From assembly GCF_000002075.1 (NCBI RefSeq), contig NW_004797825.1:193400-257399 (forward strand): DNA of 64,000 bases, read 5' to 3'. The position numbers and the translations under genes were made by a program. The notes beneath the pieces are model-generated. The model saw only the letters and a list, made by a program, of their open reading frames with translations. It searched no databases and was not told the DNA's origin. The stretch comes from Aplysia californica. Its lineage: Eukaryota. Below are positions 23,894 to 37,048 of this stretch, one piece after another (the stretch's first letter is position 1; each line of letters opens with the position of its first letter).

Positions 23894-26800
23894 ATTAAAT
23901 AAGAATGGTAAGGAGCAGGAGATCAATGTTAGATGCAAAAAACCCCCCAGAGTTTAGCCGTGATCCAAGAGGAAAAAACAAGTCATTCTATTATTATTAG
24001 AAATTACAAAAACATATAAGAGCTGTTCTTATGCAAACACACTCACTAATTTATAGACAACCATTCATATTTAGATCACCAGCAACTTTAAAAAAAACAG
24101 TTTAAAAAAAAAATGCATACTGTAATTTTCCTCATTATTCACTGCTGAAGATCCTTAAATGTATAATGTTTTTAACTTAAGAAAGCAAGAACTGGTTTTA
24201 GACAAAAACAAAGAATTCTGATTAACACTGGAAATAACTACCATGTATAAGTCAAGACATTATGGTAATCTGTATACAATAGGCATATATTGCTTTGCTA
24301 GGAAACAACAATAACATCTAACAAACAACACTTTGTTATAACTCAGAAAAAAAAAAGGACAAACATAAACACATCTGATATGATCACAACAAACAATTTG
24401 CATATGAAGAAAATCAGGCTAACATATAATGAAAAAAAAAAAGATTATCATTTACGTCTTGGAATATTTGCATAAACAAAAATGACACACAATCTCAGTC
24501 ATTGATCATGATTGAAATTAAGCATAACTTACAATGAAATTCATCATCACAGAGAAACTAACTGCACGGAAATATCTAATGCAAAGCATTGTCACGGTTA
24601 TCTTTAATCTTTGAGCTACACATATGCACATGGATGAGGAGTTAACAAATTGTACGTGAAATGTATTGGGCATAGATTACATGAATGCCAAAACAGAAAT
24701 GAAGGAAAGGTTGCATTCAATCAAGGAAAGAAAAATAACTTGAACAAAAGCTGACACCTCTTCTACACTTGTAAAAGACGGTTAACTCTGCATCTCTCTG
24801 AAAATAGCCCAGTGAACCCATCCATTGCGACACATTTATCAAGTGATTTAAAAACCATGAAGAAGCAGAGTTAACAAACATAGACACTACTAAACCAGAG
24901 CTGTAAAACAACCCATACCATCAAAATAATTTCATAGTCCACAATCAAAACAAATGGCAAGTCCACATCAAAGAACTATTATTAATATAAAGGTAAGCTG
25001 AGAAAGCTAAAATGAAACAGTAAGAAACAAACAAACCCATAACTTTCACTTTCATCACAAATGACAAATTAGCTGACCCAAGCAGTAACACATCAAATGC
25101 ATGTGAATGAAGTTCAGAGCAGATCTTGAGGAGAAAGGCACTAGATCATGAGTGTGCTTACTCTATACAGTACAGTCTCATCACTTACCTTTTCAATAGC
25201 ATACTAATTCAACTATTTGCTAAAGACATATAAAATATTATTTTTGATAACAGAATTCCCTCTTTAAGTGTAAGACAATGAAATTAATATCTACTACAAA
25301 TATCCTCAAAAGCTTTATTCTGACAAAACCTGACTTTAACAAAGTGGGGGGCTACATTCTTCATTAACATTATGCTGAAATTAAAAAGCATATAAAATGA
25401 ACAATTAAAACTAAATATCTTATTTATGCCTTAAATCATTCAGGACTCAAAAGAACACTAACACTAGGGATGACTGACTGCGTAATGTTAATTTAAAAAA
25501 TAAGGAATAATTATACGCAAACACATACAGGTACCAAACATAAGAGGCGTGTGTGTTGGTAAAAGTGTTTGCCCAATTGATGGCCAGTATGTATTAAAGC
25601 AGTTTCAGAGGGGAGGGGGAATTTTTATTAAAGCGAAAGAACCCCCCTCCACCAATAACAAGCACTACCAAGCACAACCACAGAAGAAAATTAATATTAA
25701 GGTTAACCCCATTGTTGCCTCATGTCATACAAGGTAGGCTCACATCATGAAAATGCACAATTTTTAGTTTTGTGCTGTACCATGGACGTAATGAAAGTCT
25801 GCAAATTCTTCTGTTCCTGGTTGCCTAAGATGTTACATGTACATCCTGCTAATCATCTGGCTCTAATTTTTCTGTATGGAGATTTTACCACAAGCACTGC
25901 CTGGATTTGTATACGGGAGTTTAAAAATGTGCATATTGGTACCAAACTTGCGAAATCTGCTTTTCTACTAGACTTGCAAGCGATCGATTAGCACAAGTCT
26001 AGTCTTGCTGGCAAAAGCGTATTCTTGCAAAATGTGAACACTAGAATGACTGGAAAAAGGCATCAAATTTCAGTTCTTGACTTACATTTGCAAGTTGTTT
26101 GAACTTGAGGGTAAGATGGGGAATGAGAAAAACGAGGAAAGTGGCAATATCAAAGATCCAGGGTCCGAATATGTCAGGAGTGGGCCAGATCTAGACGATG
26201 GGTTCAATGACACTGAGATAATGGGACTACTTTCCTGGCTAATGAGCTTAAATGAAAATCAATGTCGATAGTATGAACACACACCCCCTCGCAATAAAGG
26301 GGTTAAACACAGAATCTGACAAAGGGCAAGTATATGAGGCACATTTAATATCACCTGAAAGCTGTCACTAACCACTGATCAGACAGCTTCTTTTTTTTTA
26401 AAAAATGAATGTGGTTAAAAAAATATATATTTTCAATTTATATAAATCTACAGAGTTAAAAAACTGTAGCTTAACAATTTTTTTACTTCTCTTTTGTTCC
26501 TTTTGAGCTTTCTACCCAACACACAAAACACAACAATAATCTTGGTACTAAAAGAAACAGATAGCTTACATAAATTAAGTAGTACATGACTAGGTAAAGG
26601 CCAAAATTGAGTAAGATCTGAGACAAAAACCGAAAGGTAATTACTACCATTTGTTTAAATATAAAAACACATTTTTGTAACTTTCATCAGAGACAGAATC
26701 ATTATAATGCATCTCTATATGACCACAGGTTAAAAGTAGTACAGGTGTATCTTAGCAAGCCTACCTTCTACTATGCAGACGGCTGTTATACCAAGGCAAA

Positions 26801-27185
26801 TTGGAGCAACAGTATGACTTACAACTATAACAGAGTGGACGTCGACAATACCAGACAAATAATTATGATTGCAAAAACCATAAGTAAGGAAATTTCTATA
26901 CAATATCAGCAATGTGCAGCTTGCAAGAAATAAACTCAATCACACACAAATCCTGTCTTCACATACACTGCACTCTAAGCCCTTGAAGTCAGTAAAAAAA
27001 ACTATGCACAACCATTAAAAGACAAGAAAAACAAACAAACCTAAGATAGGTAAGCAAGTAATATCACCAAAAGGCGGTAAAAAAAGCAGGCAGACCATAC
27101 TTTTGCTCCTTGAAACAGCATACCAATCCATAGCTGACATACTACACTTGATTATACAGTGATGTAACTGCACCTATGTTCACAA

Positions 27186-27387
27186 TTAAATTCCAACCCG
27201 TTCCATTTTTGAGTCACTTTTAGGTTCTTTCTTCTGTGCTTTCTTTTCTTTCTCCTTTTCCCCGCCAGCAGCACCATCTTCGACAGCTTGTGTAGCACCT
27301 TTGATCCACTTGAGAGAGGCTTGATAAAGCTGTTCTTGCAGCATAGGGTCAATACATTTTCCATCAATTTCTGCTTCTTTACACTCT
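27186..27387 (-). CDS. RDH-like SDR exon 7 (terminal), ECKEAEIDGKCIDPMLQEQLYQASLKWIK...KEKKKKAQKKEPKSDSKMERVGI*
   Basis: ttttccacag| acceptor; phase 2 matches exon 6; 'C...D...L...S..W' C-terminal helix typical of RDH11-14. The exact 3' end may be alternatively spliced. Confidence 0.75.
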
Positions 27388-28038
27388 CTGTGGAAAAGAA
27401 GTAGATTTTTAATTCATGACACACATGATTAAAGGACAGATTAGTGCTTCAAAAGATGACAGTAGAAAAAACCCCAAACAAAACAAAACAAAGTCTTCCC
27501 CTCCGAGACCAGATCAAGATGTTCTTTTCTTTTTGGTTTTTATTTTTTTTTTACATTTTTCCAATACAATTCAGTTCACTTATACCCACATCCCTTATTT
27601 CAATATTCCTCTAACTTCAGTTCTTAATACAACACTGCTAAACATATCATTGTACGGCTACATATTGTGTCTGTCTTTTCTCTTGTATCAACACCTGAAA
27701 ACTTCAGTCTGACCAGCGTAGACTAGCCTGCAAGCCCGTTCATTTGAAAAAAAGTCACCTCTCCTGGCACCAGTTCTGACAAGGGTAGGCCTAGTTCAGA
27801 ATGACAAACACAGAACAGTGAAGCAACTATTAAAACCGGTCAGCAGTAGAATGTGAGTTTGGTGAGCTCAAATAATACACATTCAAGTTCTAACTTTAAA
27901 AGTTGTCTCAATGCACTTACGGGACACTGTCCAACAAATGCAGTTTTAGATAAATATCACTCATTATTTTCTTTTCAGAAAATTATCATTGTGTTTTTAC
28001 TATCTTTTAAATTGCCTCTTTAACAATGATACCTGATA

Positions 28039-29027
28039 CAGTAGTCTCCATCTAAATGCACGCCATACAAAAGCACGCTCCGCTCAAACGCACACTTTCG
28101 TCATCTGAAGGGTTTTTTACTATATAATTTAGACGTACAAACGCACGGTCACTCCCTCTAAACGCACGCTCCGATCCGCGAAACATGCCGACAAGTTAAG
28201 ATTGGCAAGGGGAAATTTTCACTACAACCTGCACAGACTGCATATGGCAAGCCTAGAATTTACTAGAAAATCGGATATTTAGTGAGAGTGCCCCTCACGC
28301 CGGACAAAGAGAGTGATAGACAGCGTTTACACACCCTACTTTCCACTGACGCATAGGTCTCGGCCTCGGGCTGGTCGGTTAAAATAAATGTTGGGGGATT
28401 GGGGGGACTGAAATGTTTTTTGATTGGTCACTGGAAATGCATCTTTGAGAGAAAGTTTCTGACTGGTGTTTGAGTTTGATTGAATGCGTGTAATGTTTAG
28501 TTAGATCTAGGCCTGATGCGCGAAATGCGTAAATGCCGTAAAACACTAGACAGGCCTCTATAGGATTAAAGATTAGCCAAGTAAGCCTAATAAGCTGCGC
28601 TCAAAGAACTTAAAACGTACTTGTTCAACGAATCACAAGAGAAAATGATGTTTCTCGAGGATGATTCTGCATGAATTTACGGTCGTGGACGGTCGCTTGG
28701 AAAGCCACGTGGCTGGTCTGTCGACTCTATGACTATCACCAACCGTTTCCTCATAGGCTATCTGTTCCCGACGTTTATAGTGCATATTCATTACTTTGAG
28801 TTTGTTTCCTTAACCCCTGTTGGGGAATCCTTCACAAAACAGACACGTGTCGTCACCTTATCTGCCAAAATGACCCCCTCCTCCAAGGGAGATTACTAGA
28901 GTAATAAGGAACTGAGATGACTGCGTCCCTTCCTCCCCTGGCAAAGGTTCATGTAAACGCACGCTCCATGTAAACACACGCTCAGGAGCCCTCCCGAGCA
29001 CCGTGCGTTTAGGCGGAGACTATACTG
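28039..29027. mobile_element. pogo/Tigger-like MITE, ~990 bp
   Basis: TA|CAGTAGTCTCCATCTAAATGCACG ... CGTGCGTTTAGGCGGAGACTATACTG|TA; subterminal aaacgcacgctcc repeats. Confidence 0.85.
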
Positions 29028-29228
29028 TATCAAAGTATCAGAACTTCTCTGTGCCTTGATACTTTGAACAACAGGAAGAGCTGCAACAACATATTTCTGG
29101 GGTACTGAGTGTTGAACATCATCTTGCCATAGCTGCTTTCTCATAATTTGAATTCACTTTTCAAACTGAAAATAAAAGCAATCATTGGATTATTCTCAAC
29201 AAATCTACACCTGGTTCTGTGCACTCAC

Positions 29229-29436
29229 TTGAAATATTTTCCACTGACTTCGGCCACCTCGTCTGTAGTGGCACAGTAGATAGCCATCTGTGCACCATCC
29301 TCTGCATATTTCATGAGCATCCACACAAAGGGACCAAAGCTGATTCGGATAAATTTCTTAGACTTCAGTGGCAAATGCCTGTAAACATCCGTGTTACAGA
29401 TTCCAGGATTTACCACATTGCAAGTCACTTTGGTGT
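29229..29436 (-). CDS. RDH-like SDR exon 6, TKVTCNVVNPGICNT...GAQMAIYCA...VSGKYF
   Basis: SDR V..N...PG...T, GAQ..IYCA and SGKYF motifs; consensus splice sites (AA|GTGAGT). Confidence 0.92.
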
Positions 29437-30238
29437 CTGAAAGAAAAATTGAATTCTTCACTTTAAGGATGATACAAGGAAAATAGAATGTTGCTCAAAA
29501 GGAGCCTGAAATAAAAACGACCTTCTTGAGAATAACGGTAATACTATTGATCATTATTGTTGTCAAACTGAAAAAAAAACTTGGAAAAAAAATGCATAAA
29601 GTACCAAAAGAAAGTATGGCAAGGTATATGGACATACACACAATACAATATTTGAGAACAGCTTGTATAATTCATCAACATATAAGATGATTATTGCCTT
29701 TTATTGACAAAACCCAGTGAACAACAGCAGAACATTTACAGGACATTTAACCTTAAAAAATAACTACTGTAAACTTTAACTCGCAGACTGCAATGGGTAG
29801 ATATCCCAATATAACCCAGATTTTAGATTATTTATCGTTGGATAACTATTCACAGTAGACCCTACCGGTGTTTGTGGCGTAGCAGTTTGGTCTAAGGAGA
29901 CCTAAGTTTGATTTTTCAGTGGGGAGAAAATTTGTATTGAGTATCTTGTCTTTCTGCTGTGATGCTGTATCCCTCTCAACCCGGGTTGGCCAGCAGGGGT
30001 GAGGGTTTGGTAATTCTCGCATGTCTAGGCCTGCCAAAGCAGTGTTGGTATTGGCAGTCAGTGGGATAACAAGAACCTAAATGATTGTTGGACATTGAGC
30101 ACAATACTCATACGTCTATCAACAAGATCATGACAGAAAAAAGAAGTTGCTACAACTTCAATACTGAAAGTCTAAAAAAGGCATCGTATTGTTAACTATA
30201 CCTTCACAGATAAAAATCGAAGAAGTTCCAATAGCTAC

Positions 30239-30451
30239 CTTTTAATCTCTTTGCCAGCTGGAAAGTGTGCAACGCAACAGCCATTTTACTCTGAGCATAA
30301 GCCTCTCCTGGAGAGTAGCCCTTTTGCTCCCTGTTTATATCCTCGAAGTCTATGTCTCCTAGATTTTGTGCTGAAGCTGTGACATTAATAATGCGACTTG
30401 GAGCAGACTCTTTCAACATATCTAACAGCAGCTCTGTCAGCAAAAAATGAC
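30239..30451 (-). CDS. RDH-like SDR exon 5, HFLLTELLLDMLKESAPSRIINVTAS...AYAQSK
   Basis: GHFLLT..LL..LK.SAPSRIINV and catalytic YxxxK, characteristic of RDH11/12/13/14. Confidence 0.95.
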
Positions 30452-30555
30452 CTGCAAATACAAGAAAATAAGACACATTATGTACAGGAGTGATGAAAAG
30501 AGAAATAAAACAAAAATAGGACCCAAGAATAATCTTGTTTGTCCTGAGTTTTGTG

Positions 30556-30556
<1 letters not shown>

Positions 30557-30602
<46 letters not shown>
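30557..30602. repeat. (TA)n microsatellite
   Basis: Direct reading. Confidence 0.95.
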
Positions 30603-30603
<1 letters not shown>

Positions 30604-30904
30604 GTATTCTCTCCCGATTTAAGGCCAACAATTAAACAAATTCATAGGTATAATTTAATTTGCCATTATCATAACCTTACAAGGACTTTCTTTACTTAAC
30701 TGTTAGTAAATTAGAACTAAGTTACTTTTAAAAAAGCCATCATGCTTAATGAAGGAAGGTGTTCTTATTTTAACAGGTCTGCATACATTATTTATAGTCG
30801 TACAAATGGGTAAATCAAACATTTCACATAACTTAGGCCAAAAAAAAAAAGAGAAACAGCCACAGAATAGCAATAAAGACAATTTAACTAATGTAAACAC
30901 CAAC

Positions 30905-31009
30905 CCAGGTAATTCGTCTGAAATTGAACATCAAATCCATCCTCTGTTGTCTCTTGTGGGCACATCATGACACCAGCATTATTTATCAGAATATGAAGCT
31001 CTTTCTCCT
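30905..31009 (-). CDS. RDH-like SDR exon 4, [34 protein letters not shown]
   Basis: [12 protein letters not shown]...TEDGF....NYLG motif; phases consistent with neighbours. Confidence 0.95.
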
Positions 31010-31307
31010 CTGTGGATGGATACCAAAACCACAAAATCAAGGCAAATAAAAAATCAAAAAAAGAAGATCAATTCAGAAATTAAAAAGCATACAGAATAAA
31101 TAAATCTTAATCAATTGGATGTTTTGTCACTTTCTTACTGTAAACACACAAAAGAGTTTTTGAATCACATTTCATATTTCGAGAATAACCTCAGAAAGAA
31201 AGTTCCCAGAACTTTAAACTGAGCTGTTACAATTAGTTCTCTTGGAATTTTTTAGAATGTAGGAAAACTGGAATGAGGAAACTTATTTGATGTAAATGTC
31301 TACTTAC

Positions 31308-31463
31308 TCTTTTTAAATCTGGAAACAAAGTCCCTGACAGACTGGAAAGAGTTGAGATCAAGCTTCATAAAGTAGACATCCATGTTCTCGGTCTCTTTTC
31401 GGATCTCTTCTGCAGTCTTTTTTCCCTCCGTTTCATTTCTACAAGCTAAAACTATCTTGCCAC
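31308..31463 (-). CDS. RDH-like SDR exon 3, GKIVLACRN...KLDLNSFQSVRDF
   Basis: LACR and LDL.S..SVR.F motifs; A|GTAAGT donor. Confidence 0.95.
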
Positions 31464-32632
31464 CTGAAAGAAAAGAGTAATATGTCAGACGAGAAGAATA
31501 TAGATATAGTGGAGATTACACAGTGATAAGAAGATGCTGCATATTAAAAATAACTAAAATGAAAATCATACGGGGGGGAGGGGGAACTGAGGGCTATCTA
31601 ACTTATTTGTGGACCAAACTTCACATATATAAAGTGTGGATTCTTCAAATATGCAAAAAAAATGTATTTTTAAAAAAGTTTCGTTGCCATGAAGACAGCG
31701 GCCAGATTGGATTTTGTAGATGTGTCTTATTAAGTTAATACTTCACTGATTTTCAGAGGAAATAAATTGATATGGTGTTTGCGGGTTAAGAAACATTTTT
31801 TTCCCCTTGAGGTAGTATTCAAGGCTGCAAAAAACCATTGAAGTTCACACTCCAGACACCACCAACAAAAATCTTTTCCAAATATTGTATATTCCAAAAA
31901 TAATTTTATAGTGTTATATCTTCTCTTCATTCTGTAAAAATTTCATACGAAGATTGGATGAAAAATGGCAGAGTTGTTTTAAAAAGTACATAGAAAAACA
32001 GCATTTTGAAAAAAAACAAGACGACAAAAAAAAAAAAAAAAGGCTTTAGAAGGGTATGGCGGTGACTAAAATGACTGTATGTGACGAAATAAGGGTTTAT
32101 GCGGTTTTTCCGTAATGGAATGGTTGTAAGAGGGGCCGAAGAAGTAAAAAATATCTACATCTTAAAATGGATAATTTCGATCTAAATTGGAACTTTCAGC
32201 TGCTGCCCTCTCCCTTAAAAGTATTGAAACTGGCAAAATAAAGCAGGAAATATGCGAAATAAGCATTAGTGAAAACAAAAGAAAATGATGGTTCAACAAA
32301 ATCTTATCTACTTCATCATAACACTACTGATATTTCTTCAATTTTATAAATTCAACAGTTCAATTTTTGTTCTCATCAATGGAGAAAAAAAAAAAAAAAA
32401 TTAATACATATATTCATTGCAAATGATTTTATGTTAATGTTGGAATGAAGCCAATCTGAAAACAGCATGAAAATAGAAACAAGATAGGTTGCTGTGAGGC
32501 TATTGGATTGTCTTGAAACACAAAATAGTGAGATGCAATCATTGAAGATAGAACAATTATTTCATTGTGACTAGATGAAAAGGCAAAATAAGATTTTAAA
32601 GCCTTATAACAGTAATCATACTAAACACAAAC

Positions 32633-32751
32633 CTCGATTGGCCAAGTTCATTGCTATTTCTCTACCAATACCACCATTTGCTCCGGTGATGATGACAGTC
32701 TTATTATGCAACTTTGCTCCGCCGATACATTTGGGGCCTCGGATCCACTGC
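32633..32751 (-). CDS. RDH-like SDR exon 2, QWIRGPKC...KTVIITGANGGIGREIAMNLANR
   Basis: Rossmann-fold TGxxxGIG motif. Confidence 0.95.
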
Positions 32752-35700
32752 CTGTCAAAAGAATGAAGAGGTATGGGTTAAAATTTGAGTTACCATAGAG
32801 AAACTAGCCTAAAACGTGACATGTTTTAAACCTGCTGTATTCCAACCCATGGTTTTTTTCGTACACTGATATCCTAACGCTGGGACAGCCTCTCACTTGC
32901 ATATGAGTAGGCGATAAACTACGGACTCGGGATGTCACTGAGTGTCCCCCGCCTCTCACTTTCTCATCGCCGGCGGTTTTCTGAAGATCATTGTGTACTT
33001 TATTTTTTCGTGGTCACTTGATGGTTTATTATTAAACATAGTTTTTAAAAGTTTTTTTTTTGTCTTTTGTTGCATGTACCCAACACGTTAAACTCAATTT
33101 AACCACAGCAAGTTCGCAAAATGAAAAAAAAAGAGAGTTTTAGTACAAATCTGAGTTTTAATTACCGCGAAAGCCTTTGTTTGGTGTTTCTTGTGTGTGG
33201 GATACTCATTAGCACAGGATCATGATTACAACAAAACGAGCACTTGGCGTCTTCTTTTCGGTACCGCATGCGATCTTTTACTGAAAGGGTAGTTCCTGCA
33301 TAACTCTCTTCAATTGGACAGGGGGTGGCAACACCATAAAATTTAAAGATAGGTTTGGTGTTTCAATTTACCAATATAACTAACTTGCACATACGTAAGT
33401 TGCAAAACACTAAATTTTGTCAGTTCAGTAACGTACACACAGTGATAAGTGTGATTTGTCACTTTTTAAAACTTGAAATTCATGGTTCCTGTTTTTTAAC
33501 ATTAGACTTAGAGCTAAGTTAAAGTAGAAATTTAATCAAACAAAGATATCCATTCTAAGCCATGTACGTTACTGAATGCGCTGTATTTTGACTTACACAC
33601 CACTACGGTTCTACTATCATTCACTGTGACGTGATATAATTTAATATGATTATTTTAGGAGAAAGGATATTGGATATTCTGATTTCTCAATCATTAGAAA
33701 GACTTTAGACCTAAGAAGTAGTGATCAGCCTAACATCTCCTAATGTATTTTACAGAACACTATAGTTTAGGTGTTCCCATAACACATAAAACAGAAAAAT
33801 AAAATATATTATTAGGCTACCTTTCTAATAATATTATTATGTATTATTTATAAATGCCACTCACTGTAATATATAATTTTTTAACCTACTACACTGTTTT
33901 TAAACGAAGGACTATTCGGACTCGAGTCTGATTAAACAAAAATTATATTCTGACCCTGAATCGAGTCCAACATGACGTTACTTACAACACAACGAAAAAG
34001 GAGACAATTAGGCAGAGTATAGATTGCTGAAGGTACACAACTGAATATTACACCCAGATTTCACTGATTACCACACAACTAGATCTACCCTTGTTCCTAA
34101 ATATTTCCAGCATTTATTTAAAATTGTTTCGATTACAATCATAAAAATCGAGACATAAACTTTAACATCCAGTTATTAGATCTATCTAAACAGGCCCTCC
34201 CTGCATCATTAGTATGAACAGAACAACCAAGATGAGTTGGCCTTGTCGGGGACAAAGTTAAATATGTCGACCAATGAGATCATGAGTAGCGATCCCACAC
34301 TCTCGGCTTGCTGGGGAGGGAGGTGTTGGGAAGAGGGCACAGCTGTCAATTTTGTGCGACATGATAACAAAAAAAATTAATAACAGGAAAAACTATAGCA
34401 CACAACAAAATGAAATTCAACATGTGGAAATAAAAATGGTGATGGAAGTAATGACGATACTGTAGTGATGGTGGAAGTACAGTATAATCCGCTTATATCG
34501 ACAAGCTGTGGGAAGGGGATTTGATATTGATATATGAAAATACAAAGCCAAAGATGTAAAAACAAGGGGAGGTCAGCGATTAAAGACAACACTAGTTTTT
34601 TAGCTGGTTGCTTCTCCCGATTCTTGAAACTAACAAGAGACAGAGGGGAGGGGGTAGGAGTTACGGCACCAAAGACCATACAACGCGAGGTGCGAAGCTC
34701 ACACTACAGAGGAGCACAAACTTTGTTGAAGCATCCTTGTAAGGCCTGTTTGTAGCCACTTGCTGGGGAAAATGGATAGGTGAGGCACTGACTCACTGAC
34801 CGTGGCACTTGCCAGCAACAGTCTGATTGGGAAGGGGAGTGAGCGATCGGGCGTGGGGGTAGTCCGAGGTGATGCCCAGCGCTCAAGATGCTTACATCTG
34901 TGAAGTGTGAGGCACTGTAGTAATGTGTTGGAGACTACACTGTGTAGGCCCTACATGACCTACTGTAAAGCTTGGTGCGTCGATATAGGCTACTTGGCGA
35001 GTATGCGGATTTAACGAAGAATTAATGCATTGTCCGTTAGCGTGGCTTTCCCCCCTATTTATGTTCGTGGGCTTCGTCAGGTACCCAGGAAGCATGTCGA
35101 TAAAGCAGAGTGAGCCGGAAAAAAAAGTCGACATAAGAGAAATTGTTTAGTGAAGATATTGAAGGAAAAATTTCGTAATTGGAAAATATGTCCATATGTC
35201 AAAATGTCAATATATCGGATGTCAATATAAGTGGAAGATACTGTAATAATGATGCTGTTGACTGGACGGTAGTGGTGCCTGTAGACCCTGAGTTGTCGGT
35301 TAATGTGTGTACGTAGACACTGCCACTGAGCAATGAGAGTGCAGTCTTTTGACACAGTTACATAGTCCTAGTCGGTAATTCTAGTTCTAATTCAAATTCT
35401 GGTTTTACGTAAAATCCCCTAACAAATTATGTAACATCCTCACACTCACATAGGCCTAGTTGACTTAGACACTGAGTCCCAATAATTAAACATTTTTTTT
35501 TGGACCACGAGTCTGATAGATAGATAAAACCCATTTTCGGACTCAGGTCTGAATAATAAAAAACTGATCTTACTCGAGTCCCAATAGGGTAAGATTGCAC
35601 TTTCCGGACAACTATGTCTAGTGGTCCGCTATTCTTCCATTCTGAGCTCCCCATCTCACTTTTCTATGTCCTCACCCTTCGATTTCCACCGATTGACGTC

Positions 35701-36006
35701 TTTTACCGGGTTTTTCAGTCACCACGACTGTACCACCATGCCCTTTGACCGACGACCCTGACACCTTGAGGCTAATTAGTCAATCTAATCACGTGGTCCA
35801 CTATTCTTATTTGCTCGCTACTCTGCTAGGCCTAGCCTGGGCCTACTCCTGGTCCGGCCAAGTACAATGGAGGGCGAGAGATGTGCACGAGAGCTCATTT
35901 GCATAATATAATTACAACCCCCTCCGTCCTGCTCGCGACTTGGCGAGTGCTGCGAAGCAAGGCTCGGCCTGTTCCAACTCTAATTACCCCGATTGTTCAC
36001 TTAGCT

Positions 36007-36245
36007 CCATGGTCCGCTCATGTTATTGTTTTGCATTTATGCGTGTGTGTGTTTTAAAAAATTATTGTTGCCAGGGGCTTGCCCCCCTGAAACCCCCCCA
36101 CTGTTGTTATATTGTTATACACGATTATCCTCTTAACTTTAACGCCATGGTCCGCTCACGTTATTGTTTTGTTTTGCATTTGTGTGTGTTTTCTTTATTA
36201 TTGAATCCAGGGGAGCAAGCGCCCCTGAACCCTCCCCTACTGTTG
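36007..36245. repeat. two diverged tandem copies of a ~140-bp unit
   Basis: ccatggtccgctca(t/c)gttattgttttg ... cccctgaa.cc...actgttg at 36007 and 36145. Confidence 0.75.
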
Positions 36246-37048
36246 GTCCACCAAAGTTAAATCCCACCCTCAACCACTACCTCTCGCTCACCTCGCCTCG
36301 CTGCTGGCTTGTGCTGTGCGCGAAGTCGTCTGCGGAACTACCTTTTGTCCGTATGTAAAGAAGTATTAGTCAAATTAGTGTGTAGTTAGGCTAGGCACAC
36401 GTAGTAATCACGGGCCCAGACGTGTGGTCCGGTAAAGTACAATCCAGCCCCCAATAGACGTCATTTTAAAAATTAAAAAGCTCATAGTCTACCCTCAAAA
36501 TGATTTGCAGGGTTACATAGATTAATTAGATTAGATCTAGCTCTAGAATCTAGAAGATCTAGTCTAGATCTATCTAGAGCCTATGTATGGCATACCGTCA
36601 CGTACGTCAGACCGTCAGTTGGCACGCATTTGGCCTAAAATTGGACAACCAGACAATTATGCGATAACCTGGAATGCTGTCTGCTAAACAATTCCGTCCA
36701 ACATTGTTTTGTTTTCAAGTTCAACAATTTTGAGCAGAATCAGACACCTGTGTGAGCAAAAGTAATCCATTTCATCTCCAAAGGTAAGAACCGCGTTCAG
36801 CCATTACGGCTTGCAGATGCGCAATGTGTCTTGGGAAATAAGCTATTGGTTCTATAATCGTACCCGCAGGATTCGTTTCGCATTTTTATTCAGTTTATAA
36901 GGTGTCTAGTTACCGCCACAAACCATTCGCTGCTCTTTGTTGTGACAATTGGCGCCCGTAGGAGGGGTGACGGTATGGGGTACAATTTTTTAGGGATGTA
37001 CCCGATATCGTCACTATATTTTTTACATGGTGCGTGACTTGAAAAATA

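Noticed and set aside
33986-34113. Hydrophobic in-phase segment as RDH exon 1 (also a short candidate near 32960-32991)
   Set aside because: An in-frame stop separates it from the nearest ATG. The exon at 43474-43353 has a better start, membrane anchor and donor, and gives the expected Arg at the junction. It could still be a minor cassette.
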